A DNA stretch of 46,092 nucleotides from Pirellula sp. (GTDB lineage Bacteria > Planctomycetota > Planctomycetia > Pirellulales > Pirellulaceae), in the NCBI GenBank assembly GCA_044370255.1, contig JBILVV010000001.1, forward strand, positions 1 to 46,092. The letters are read 5' to 3'. The translations under genes were made by a program, and so were the position numbers. The stretch's first letter is position 1, and each line of letters starts with the position of its first letter. Below are positions 29,734 to 37,325 of the stretch, piece by piece. Under the pieces are notes generated by a model. It ran no database searches, was not told the origin of the DNA, and saw nothing but the letters and a program-made list of their open reading frames with translations.

Positions 29734-30798
29734 GAACACTCGGATCAAGGTAATCATTTGGGACCCGTGCGAAGCGAAATCGCTTCCGTTCCCCTTATTT
29801 ATTTTAGCCCAGGATCGAGTTCGATGCTCTATCGAAAAGACAGAAGTGCTGAAGGGACTATGAGGTCAAGCTCGAAGCATCTCTCTCGGGAATCCCGAGA
29901 ACTCCCTGCAAGTTCTGTATGAGTTAGGGATACCTTCTGGATAGTCATTGGAAAGGGTCCTACTGAAATCGATTGGCTGGCAGCTTGTACGAACTTGCAC
30001 AGCGGAAAATCAGCCAGACCCGAATGACTCTGCCAACAAACTTCTTTTGTATCAATGGCTTTTCAGGTAGCTCTCTCACGTGTTTTCAAGGCAAATGATT
30101 CACAGGAAACCCTGATACACCACACCATTTGGGGGGTCTGAGTGTTCAAAAGCTGACAATTCCGGGTTTTTTTCGATTTTGTTTCGCGCTTTTCAGCAGG
30201 TTCTACGCATTTACTTACGGCGGGTCGCTCATCTGCGTCTCTTCCAAGAACGGACTGAATTCCATACATGAGTTCGTCGCGCCCGAAAGCTGCGGCTGTA
30301 GCGCTCGGATCGGACTCATGTATGGGAGTTCCGTTCTCGGCGGCGAGATGATCGCGAATGCCAGAATGATCTTCCACTGAGAGTTGCGGGCCCAAACGAG
30401 CCCGATTCGCACGGACGTTTTTCTCAGCCTCACAGTAGGTACAGATTAGCAACGTTGTCTGCGCATAGATTCGCTCGAGTGCCTCCCGATCAAGATCTCG
30501 TTTCCGGGTAATCCTGCGGCACATGCGGCGTTCGCGGTCGCAAGATCTTCTTTATGAGTCACGCCGGGTTCGCGAAATTGGACTTGGTAGTCGATCACTT
30601 CATCGCGGGTGTTGGTCGATGCTGCATCGATGCGCCCATCTAGCACTAAAACATGGGACTCTTGGTGGACTTGTCCTGGCAGGATGATACAAAACAAGAA
30701 CTGGGTCTTGCAAACCAGACCTAACAGTAATGATACCTTTTTGCCTGTTTGTCACTTTCGACTGTGCAACGTGTGCAATGATCTCTCTTGCTTTGAGG
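29734..30798 (+). ncRNA. Candidate ~1.07 kb structured RNA or giant leader: three tandem rod-like hairpins
   Basis: Nested helices found by hand. Rod 1: 29734-46/30135-47, 29752-60/30092-100, 29907-25/29982-99. Rod 2: 30185-96/30377-88, 30247-53/30331-37, 30260-76/30311-27. Rod 3: 30428-39/30787-98, 30443-57/30767-84, 30491-98/30703-10, 30511-17/30679-85, 30591-97/30613-19. G-U pairs favour the + strand. No credible ORF. Confidence 0.65.
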
Positions 30799-30806
30799 AA
30801 TTACCA

Positions 30807-31634
30807 ATGGAAACGCAGCCCATATCTCCGCAGAGGCCTTCTAACTCGTCGCGCCGACTTTGGGTATTGACGACGATTGCGATTCTATTGGGAGGCATCT
30901 ACGTGCTTAATTCCGATGCATCTCCGTGGGCTCAACCCCCAGCCCCAGAGGATCTCAATGGTTGGAGCGATCGGGTGGAACAGTCGCTCAGAGACGGCCG
31001 AGCCGACTCGGCGCTCGCCGAATTGGATCAGGCCATGAAGAAAGTTCCGAACAATCCGCAGATGCATTTGATTCGTGGTTCCCTCTTGTTTCGGAGCGGC
31101 AAGGTGGAGGAATCGCTGATCGATTTTGACAAATGCATCGAATTGGATCCGAATCTCAAGCCCTACTTATGGCAGCGCGGAATATCCCTGTACTACGCTG
31201 GCAAATATCAAGAAGGAGTCGATCAGTTCGTTGTGCATCGCGAAGTGAACCCGAACGACGTGGAGAATGCTTTCTGGCACTACTTGTGTGCGGCGCGACT
31301 CAACGGGGTCGAGGCCGCACAAAAAGCAATTCTGTTGTCCGGTGCCGATCGTCGCGTTCCGATGATGCAGGTGCAAGAGCTAATCCAAGGGAAGACAACT
31401 CCCGAGGCAGTGATTGAAGCGGCGGAGACATCGCGAAAGAACAGTCGAGGCCCTGACTATGACCGCTTCTATGGCTACTTGTATGTCGGTCTCTATTACG
31501 ATGCCATCGGCAACGAAGAACTTGCCATGAAGTGGATCGAGAAATGTGTGGAACTGAAGGTCGATGGCTACATGGGAGACGTCGCCCGCGTTCACTTCAA
31601 TCGCATGAAAGAGAAGAAAACCGAGAAGCGATAA
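30807..31634 (+). CDS. Tetratricopeptide repeat protein (NlpI-like) with N-terminal membrane anchor/signal
   Basis: GAGGA SD at 30795-30799, hydrophobic N-segment, TPR motifs (RGSLLFRSGKVEESLIDFD, PYLWQRGISLYY, VNPNDVENAFWH, FYGYLYVGLY). Confidence 0.88.
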   Translation: METQPISPQRPSNSSRRLWVLTTIAILLGGIYVLNSDASPWAQPPAPEDLNGWSDRVEQSLRDGRADSALAELDQAMKKVPNNPQMHLIRGSLLFRSGKVEESLIDFDKCIELDPNLKPYLWQRGISLYYAGKYQEGVDQFVVHREVNPNDVENAFWHYLCAARLNGVEAAQKAILLSGADRRVPMMQVQELIQGKTTPEAVIEAAETSRKNSRGPDYDRFYGYLYVGLYYDAIGNEELAMKWIEKCVELKVDGYMGDVARVHFNRMKEKKTEKR

Positions 31635-31636
31635 GC

Positions 31637-32218
31637 CTACTCGAAGACCCCGTCCCCAAAGCCCTTAGCTTCTTTTTGGGGGCTGGATGGGCTCGCGTTC
31701 TTTGCTGGCCTAGCATCCAGGAAGTGTGGTCGACTCACAGGAGCAACATCCACCTGAGCAACTACAGTCGGGGTTTGCGGCAGTGTTTGCGGGGTGGTAT
31801 CGATGTATTCTTCGTCGTATCGAGAGACGTAACCCGGTTGCTTGGCCCGCTCGAGTTCTAGCGTGTATTCGCGTACCACCGCGTTCTGGATCATGTCGCG
31901 GCAAGCTTGATTGATCGGATGAGCGATATCCGCGTAGAGCTTGTTGGGCCCCCCTTCGACATCCTTCAAGTCTTGGAGGCCACGGAGCCGTGAACCGCAT
32001 TGATTGCAGTAATGGCTGCGAAGATGATTCTTGCAACCGCATCGTCCGCATCGAGCCGACATCTTGCGGCTGGGCATCGCGACAAACGGACCGTTGGCCC
32101 CTTCGATGATCTTTAAGTCGCGAACAACAAAGGAATGATCGAACGTGATGGAACAGAAGGCTCGCAAGCGATCCTCCGAATCCTCCATCAGCTTGATTCG
32201 TACTTCGGTGATTTCCAT
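31637..32218 (-). CDS. spoVG: SpoVG family nucleic-acid-binding protein with inserted zinc ribbon
   Basis: MEITEVRIKL, LRAFCSITFD, FVVRDLKIIEG, FVAMPSRK, ADIAHPIN. Insert CGRC...CNQC. Confidence 0.93.
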   Translation of the reverse strand: MEITEVRIKLMEDSEDRLRAFCSITFDHSFVVRDLKIIEGANGPFVAMPSRKMSARCGRCGCKNHLRSHYCNQCGSRLRGLQDLKDVEGGPNKLYADIAHPINQACRDMIQNAVVREYTLELERAKQPGYVSRYDEEYIDTTPQTLPQTPTVVAQVDVAPVSRPHFLDARPAKNASPSSPQKEAKGFGDGVFE

Positions 32219-32257
32219 GGCCACCCACACACTCCCTTGACGAGTTGAGCCCTTGTC

Positions 32258-33310
32258 CTATTCATCAAATCCCAGTTGTTCGGTCTGCTCTTGGATCGAA
32301 GGCGAATGCCATGTCGATGCCAAAAAAACCCGGGATTCGTTCAACAATGCCAACTCACTCCCTATCTTCTCGGCTTCCTGGCGGTTGGAGCACAAGCAAA
32401 AACGGGCCGATCCACTGCCGCTGAGGCATTGGCCAAGAGGTTTGTAACGATCAAACCACCTTGCCGTTCGATCGATCCAGGGATTGCGCGGACGCGCCGC
32501 CAAATCTAAACGATTATATAGCAGAGCGCCGAGGCGTTCGTTTTGCCCAAGGGCCAATGCTTGGAGCATTTCGTCAGAATTTCTTGGCAGCGACCCTGCA
32601 AACTGGGGGGGATGGAGGGACTGGTCAGTTAGGTTTCGAAAGATCTCGGCGGTGCTGCATCCTTGCGGCGGATGGACGATTACGATGTGTTGATCGGCGC
32701 CATTCGGAACGGGTTGAATTTGTTCCCCTCTTCCCGCGCATCGTGCTGTCCATCGCTGCCCGCTCCAACCTTCCAGGAAAAAGTTCAAATCGCTACCCAA
32801 GCTGGCGGCAATTTCGCAGATCAAGGACCAGTTCAAACGACCCGACCAAACCAAACTCCCTAGCACCAAAGCGGCCGCGGCATCCGCGCTACCGCCTCCC
32901 AGTCCTGCTTGTGCAGGAATTCTCTTTGTCAGTTCCACTTCGAGTCCCGTCTCTGCCGCCAGTTCAGATCGCAGACGATTCAAGGCTCGCACGACAAGGT
33001 TTCGTTCATCCGATGGAATATCCCATGCCAGGTCGTCGTCCGAAAAACGCTTCGGCGATTGACCATCCCAGGGATCGGGTGCGAACAGGACGCTCAAGTG
33101 AATCTGCGAATCCTTTGCGGCACGAATCCTTAGCACATCGCACCAATCGACCGCCAGCATGATGGTGTCAAGGTCATGGTAGCCGTCGGGGCGTTTCCCC
33201 AAGACCTCGAGGAACAGATTCACCTTGCACGGAACGTGACAGGTTAATGCGGTTGATTGCGAATGATCGGATGTATTGCTCGCATCGTATTCGGATTGTT
33301 CGATTTTCAT
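32258..33310 (-). CDS. ispE: 4-diphosphocytidyl-2-C-methyl-D-erythritol kinase
   Basis: PCKVNLFLEVLGKRPDGYHDL, KRIPAQAGLGGGSADAAA, LGSD, LSGSGS. Confidence 0.95.
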   Translation of the reverse strand: MKIEQSEYDASNTSDHSQSTALTCHVPCKVNLFLEVLGKRPDGYHDLDTIMLAVDWCDVLRIRAAKDSQIHLSVLFAPDPWDGQSPKRFSDDDLAWDIPSDERNLVVRALNRLRSELAAETGLEVELTKRIPAQAGLGGGSADAAAALVLGSLVWSGRLNWSLICEIAASLGSDLNFFLEGWSGQRWTARCAGRGEQIQPVPNGADQHIVIVHPPQGCSTAEIFRNLTDQSLHPPQFAGSLPRNSDEMLQALALGQNERLGALLYNRLDLAARPRNPWIDRTARWFDRYKPLGQCLSGSGSARFCLCSNRQEAEKIGSELALLNESRVFLASTWHSPSIQEQTEQLGFDE

Positions 33311-33319
33311 GGGGCTCTG

Positions 33320-33700
33320 CTAGCTTGGCTTTTCCACTTCGTAGCCGGCACCTGTCCATCCGCGCCATCCACCGTCGACGCTGATAATGTTCAGGTAACC
33401 CATCTTGCGCAGATTGTCAGCGGCGAGGGCTGATCGATATCCACCACCGCAAATCAGGAACAGTTCGGTGTTCGGGTCGGAAAAGCGCTCTTCGATATCT
33501 CGCTCGATGATTCCCTTGCTCAAATGAATCGCCCCAGGGATATGACCGGCGGCAAACTCGCTCTCTTCGCGAACATCGATCACCACCGGGGTGGGTCCGG
33601 CTGCAATACGTTGATGGAGATCCCCTACCGAGCATTCGCGAATACGCGATCGCGCGTCCTCAACCAACTGGACAAACCCGGGGTTATGCGATTTAGCCAT
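33320..33700 (-). CDS. Rhodanese-like sulfurtransferase
   Basis: IDVREESEFAAGHIPGA, active-site loop CGGGYRS, DGGWRGW. Confidence 0.93.
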   Translation of the reverse strand: MAKSHNPGFVQLVEDARSRIRECSVGDLHQRIAAGPTPVVIDVREESEFAAGHIPGAIHLSKGIIERDIEERFSDPNTELFLICGGGYRSALAADNLRKMGYLNIISVDGGWRGWTGAGYEVEKPS

Positions 33701-33880
33701 GATGCAGATCCGAATCGATGCGATGGTGCGAATTCAACAATGCCAAACGGCACGAGTATACCTGTGTTCTCCGCGAGGGGCCAACACGGTCAACTCGGCA
33801 AAGCTGACAAAAAGTAACCCATACAAGCCAAAAACCACGTTAAATATTTTTGTAATGGCTGCAGAGTCATCACAGTCTAC

Positions 33881-33888
33881 GCCGATAA
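33881..33888 (+). promoter_or_regulatory. Sigma-28 (FliA/WhiG) -10 element upstream of the small-ORF/sigma-28 unit
   Basis: Perfect GCCGATAA in an AT-rich divergent intergenic region. The -35 match is weak. Confidence 0.5.
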
Positions 33889-33997
33889 CCATTTTGCGGA
33901 TGAATTGTCGTTGTATCGCCCGTCTTCGAACGGCTCAAGCGATCCACGACCATTTGCTCGCATTGCGGATACTTACCTGACACCTTTGAGGAATGCG

Positions 33998-34249
33998 ATG
34001 GGACGCTCGTTCGCAGCTTGTCTCGGTTGCATCGCCATGTTGACCCAAATCGCCTCGGGCTTTTTGCATGGCACAGAAACCGAAACAATTCTGGTTCGTT
34101 GCGTTGTCGCTCTGGTGATCGCGGCCATACCTGGCTGGATCATTGGTCAAATGGCGGATGCGGTGGTTCGCGAAAGTATCGAGGCTCAGTACCGTAGACA
34201 AATCGAGCAGTTCAAGTCGCGACAGACGGGAAAAACAGGCACCGCCTAG
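33998..34249 (+). CDS. Small two-TM hypothetical membrane protein
   Basis: GAGGA SD before ATG 33998, two hydrophobic helices, charged C-terminal tail. Directly upstream of the sigma-28 gene. Confidence 0.7.
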   Translation: MGRSFAACLGCIAMLTQIASGFLHGTETETILVRCVVALVIAAIPGWIIGQMADAVVRESIEAQYRRQIEQFKSRQTGKTGTA

Positions 34250-34512
34250 CCGGATTTGGCAATCTGGACAAGCGAGTGAAATCAAATCCCGAAAACTATT
34301 GCAACTGATGTGGAATCGACAACTACAAGTCGGTAGAGTCCCGGTCGTTCGACGCCATCACACCGGCATCGCTGTCCCGGCGAAGCAAGACGCTTTCCTG
34401 GAACAGTCAAACCCCATTAGCAGGATGCGTAGGTGGCGAAGACGTGAGTCTTGTGATTCGTGGCTAGGCCCGGATCTCAAGAAGACAAGCCAAATCAAGC
34501 ACGGAGGTTCGG

Positions 34513-35298
34513 ATGGCGACGACTGCAGTACAAAACACCGACATGACAGAGGTCTGGAAACAGTACAAAGCAGACCCAAACAATGTCGAACTGCGGAACA
34601 CCCTGATAGAACGATACACACCCCTAGTTCGCTACAACGGCGAACGCCTCCGCTCCAAGCTCCCTGAGGGCGTGGAACTGGACGACTTGATCAGCGCCGG
34701 TATCTTTGGCCTGATGGACGCGATCGACGCCTTCGACCTGGATCGTGGGGTCAAGTTTGAGACTTACTGTGTACCTCGAATTCGCGGTGCGATGCTCGAC
34801 GAGCTACGAACCATGGACTGGGTTCCCCGCTTAGTGCGAAGCAAGGCGAGCAAACTCAACGAAGCAACCAAGCTGCTCGAAGCCAAATACGGTCGCGCTC
34901 CGACCAATCATGAGCTCTCCCAGTATATGGGCATATCGATCGATGAGCTCGAAAAGATGAAGGCCGATGCTTCTGCAGTCGGATTGGTATCCCTCAACAA
35001 GAAGTGGTACGAGACCGACAGCTACAAGGACGTTCGAGAAATCGATGTACTCGAGGATAAGCGCAGCGAAGATCCGACGCGCCGCATCAGCAAAAGCGAT
35101 CTGATGCGTTTGGTCACCAAAGGGCTGAATCGAAATGAACGCTTGATCATTATTCTTTATTACTACGAAGAATTGACGATGAAGGAAATCGGTGCCACGC
35201 TCGATCTGAGCGAGAGCCGCGTTTCGCAAATGCACACCAGCATCGTGCAACGCCTGCAGGATCAACTCGGCCGTCGCCGGGTGGAATTCGGAACCTAG
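34513..35298 (+). CDS. fliA: FliA/WhiG family RNA polymerase sigma factor
   Basis: GGAGG SD; DDLISAGIFGLMDAI, KFETY, RIRGAMLDELRTMDWVPR, LYYYEELTMKEIG, LSESRVSQMH. Confidence 0.95.
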   Translation: MATTAVQNTDMTEVWKQYKADPNNVELRNTLIERYTPLVRYNGERLRSKLPEGVELDDLISAGIFGLMDAIDAFDLDRGVKFETYCVPRIRGAMLDELRTMDWVPRLVRSKASKLNEATKLLEAKYGRAPTNHELSQYMGISIDELEKMKADASAVGLVSLNKKWYETDSYKDVREIDVLEDKRSEDPTRRISKSDLMRLVTKGLNRNERLIIILYYYEELTMKEIGATLDLSESRVSQMHTSIVQRLQDQLGRRRVEFGT

Positions 35299-35339
35299 CA
35301 ATTCCTTTTTTCGGATCGCATAGAATTTGAAATTGCGAG

Positions 35340-36659
35340 TTGCTTCAGCGACTCGATCGTGCGGCAAATCGGATTGACTCTATGCTCTCCATCATCGGCC
35401 TTGGCTACGTCGGACTCCCTCTGTGTATCCAGTTTGCTCGATGTGGCGTTCAGGTCCTGGGATTGGACATCGATGCCAAGAAGGTCGACGCGATCAATGC
35501 GGGAGAGTCTTACATTCACCACATCCCGGCAAGCACTGTGTCGGAGCAGACCAAGGCTGGGAGATTGCAAGCCAGCACCGATTTTTCGCGGATACGTCAA
35601 TGCGATGCCGTGATCATCTGTGTGCCAACGCCCCTCAGCAAAAACCGCGAACCCGATATCTCTTACATCATCGAAACGGGCAAGTCGATCGCGACCCATC
35701 TGCAACCTGGAACGTTAGTGGTGCTCGAATCGACCACATATCCGGGCACAACCGACGAGGACCTGCGCGCAGTACTCGAAGCGGGCTCGGGGCTCCGAGC
35801 TGGAAAAGATTTCTACCTTGCATTCTCCCCCGAACGAGAAGACCCCGGCAATCCGGACAGCAAGGTCGCGAAGATTCCCAAAGTGGTCGGAGGCTACACT
35901 CCGGAATGCTTGAAGCGAGCCGTCTCCCTCTATTCGCAAGCGGTGGAACGGATCGTGCCGGTATCGAGCTGCCGTGCGGCAGAAGCGACCAAGTTGCTGG
36001 AGAACATTTTCCGCTCGGTGAACATCGCGCTGGTCAACGAACTGAAGGTCGTTTACGACGCGATGGGTATCGACGTATGGGAAGTGATCAACGCCGCAAA
36101 AACCAAACCCTTCGGATACATGGCTTTCTACCCCGGTCCTGGGTTGGGTGGCCACTGCATTCCCATCGACCCGTTTTACCTGACGTGGAAAGCTCGCGAA
36201 TACGGCAGGGCTACTCGGTTCATCGAACTCGCTGGCGAGATCAATACCTCAATGCCCGAATACGTGATCCGCAAACTGTCCGACGCGCTCAATTCGCGAC
36301 GCAAACCACTCAATGGCAGCAAAGTCCTTTTGGTCGGCCTCGCCTACAAAGCCAACGTGGATGACGATCGGGAATCGCCGGGCTATGTGCTGATGGATCT
36401 GATGAATCATGCCGGAGCTGAGGTTGCCTATTATGATCCCTACATTTCCGTGGTCAGGCCGACTCGCGAACATCCGCATTGGGCTGGCTTAAAGAGCATT
36501 CCCTGGGACGAGAAGACGATTCGATCCTTCGATGCAGTTCTGATCGCAACAGCGCACGCCAATGTCAACTACGAGGAATTGGCGTGCTGGTCGCAACTGG
36601 TGATCGATACGCGCAACGCGATCTCCAGTCCCGATCCAACCAAAGTAATCAAAGCCTAG
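35340..36659 (+). CDS. UDP-N-acetyl-hexosamine 6-dehydrogenase (WbpA/TviB/WecC family)
   Basis: IIGLGYVGLP, ICVPTP, LESTTYPGTT, FSPERED, KLLENIFR, GPGLGGHCIP, GLAYK, DDRESP. Start 35340 (TTG) or 35382 (ATG). Confidence 0.93.
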   Translation: MLQRLDRAANRIDSMLSIIGLGYVGLPLCIQFARCGVQVLGLDIDAKKVDAINAGESYIHHIPASTVSEQTKAGRLQASTDFSRIRQCDAVIICVPTPLSKNREPDISYIIETGKSIATHLQPGTLVVLESTTYPGTTDEDLRAVLEAGSGLRAGKDFYLAFSPEREDPGNPDSKVAKIPKVVGGYTPECLKRAVSLYSQAVERIVPVSSCRAAEATKLLENIFRSVNIALVNELKVVYDAMGIDVWEVINAAKTKPFGYMAFYPGPGLGGHCIPIDPFYLTWKAREYGRATRFIELAGEINTSMPEYVIRKLSDALNSRRKPLNGSKVLLVGLAYKANVDDDRESPGYVLMDLMNHAGAEVAYYDPYISVVRPTREHPHWAGLKSIPWDEKTIRSFDAVLIATAHANVNYEELACWSQLVIDTRNAISSPDPTKVIKA

Positions 36660-36665
36660 CCGCGA

Positions 36666-37271
36666 CTAAGACAGCAGCCCATCGATCTTTGCGCATATCT
36701 CCTGATGAATTGCCGAAGCCTCGCGATCGGCATCGATCAGGATCGCCATTCCTGGGCAGCGAGGCAACTGGCTTCGGAAACCATCCCGTACTCGCTGAAA
36801 ATATTCTTGTCCGCGCTTCTCTAAGCGATCCAGGCCACGTTGCATGCGGCTGGCTGCCCTCTCGACATCCATGTCCAGAACGATCGTAACGTCGGGCAAC
36901 AGCCCTCCGGTTGCGATGTTTCCTACCTGCCAAAGGGTCTCTACATCCAAGCCACCTGCGCAGCCTTGATAAACCACATTGGCGAGCAGAAAGCGATCGC
37001 AAAGCACGACATCGCCCTGAGCCAGAGCGGGTCGAATTTGTTCCTCAACGAGCTGCGCACGGGCAGCCATGTAGAGAAGCATTTCGCTGGTCATCGACAA
37101 CGGAATATCTTCACGATGGAGCAAAATCTCTCGTACGGCATCCCCGAGCTTCGTCGCTCCCGGATCCCTCGCGCTGCACACACTGCAACCTCGCGATATC
37201 AAATGATCTCGGAGCATCGCGATCTGCGTCGATTTCCCAGCCCCATCGATCCCGTCAAAAACAATGAACAC
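36666..37271 (-). CDS. tmk: Thymidylate (dTMP) kinase
   Basis: FDGIDGAGKSTQ, RDPG, LLYMAARAQ, VLCDRF, YQG, DRLE. TAAGGTG SD-like sequence upstream of the GTG start. Confidence 0.96.
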   Translation of the reverse strand: MFIVFDGIDGAGKSTQIAMLRDHLISRGCSVCSARDPGATKLGDAVREILLHREDIPLSMTSEMLLYMAARAQLVEEQIRPALAQGDVVLCDRFLLANVVYQGCAGGLDVETLWQVGNIATGGLLPDVTIVLDMDVERAASRMQRGLDRLEKRGQEYFQRVRDGFRSQLPRCPGMAILIDADREASAIHQEICAKIDGLLS

Positions 37272-37283
37272 GCAATCGCACCT

Positions 37284-37305
37284 TATGCTTTGGGTATGCT
37301 TTGGG
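37284..37305. repeat. Perfect 11-bp tandem duplication (TATGCTTTGGG x2)
   Basis: Read directly in the EF-G/tmk spacer. Confidence 0.85.
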
Positions 37306-37325
37306 CTTTCATCACGCTCGCCATC

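Noticed and set aside
30088-30145. Resemblance to a c-di-GMP-I riboswitch (GGCAAA...GAAA...GGGTCTGA)
   Set aside because: The CGCAAA junction is absent and the spacing does not fit. These bases pair within rod 1.
30554-30645. Prepilin-like remnant (HAGFAKLDLVV) on the + strand
   Set aside because: Too degenerate, stops immediately, and has no downstream DUF1559-type sequence.
30063-30697. Short ORFs in the large intergenic region (30063-30524, 30129-30380, 30215-30433, 30446-30697)
   Set aside because: No recognisable motifs or SD, and several overlap each other. RNA structure explains the region better. Small peptides cannot be fully excluded.
29734-30798. RNase P RNA, tmRNA, SRP RNA or a self-splicing intron as the explanation
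   Set aside because: I found no GAGGAAAGUCC P4 motif, tRNA-like ends with a tag ORF, SRP helix-8 motif, or group I/II core motifs on either strand by eye. An Rfam scan is still needed.
30609-30806. 66-codon N-terminal extension of the TPR ORF
   Set aside because: Protein-unlike sequence. A good SD and ATG at 30807 precede the hydrophobic N-terminal segment.
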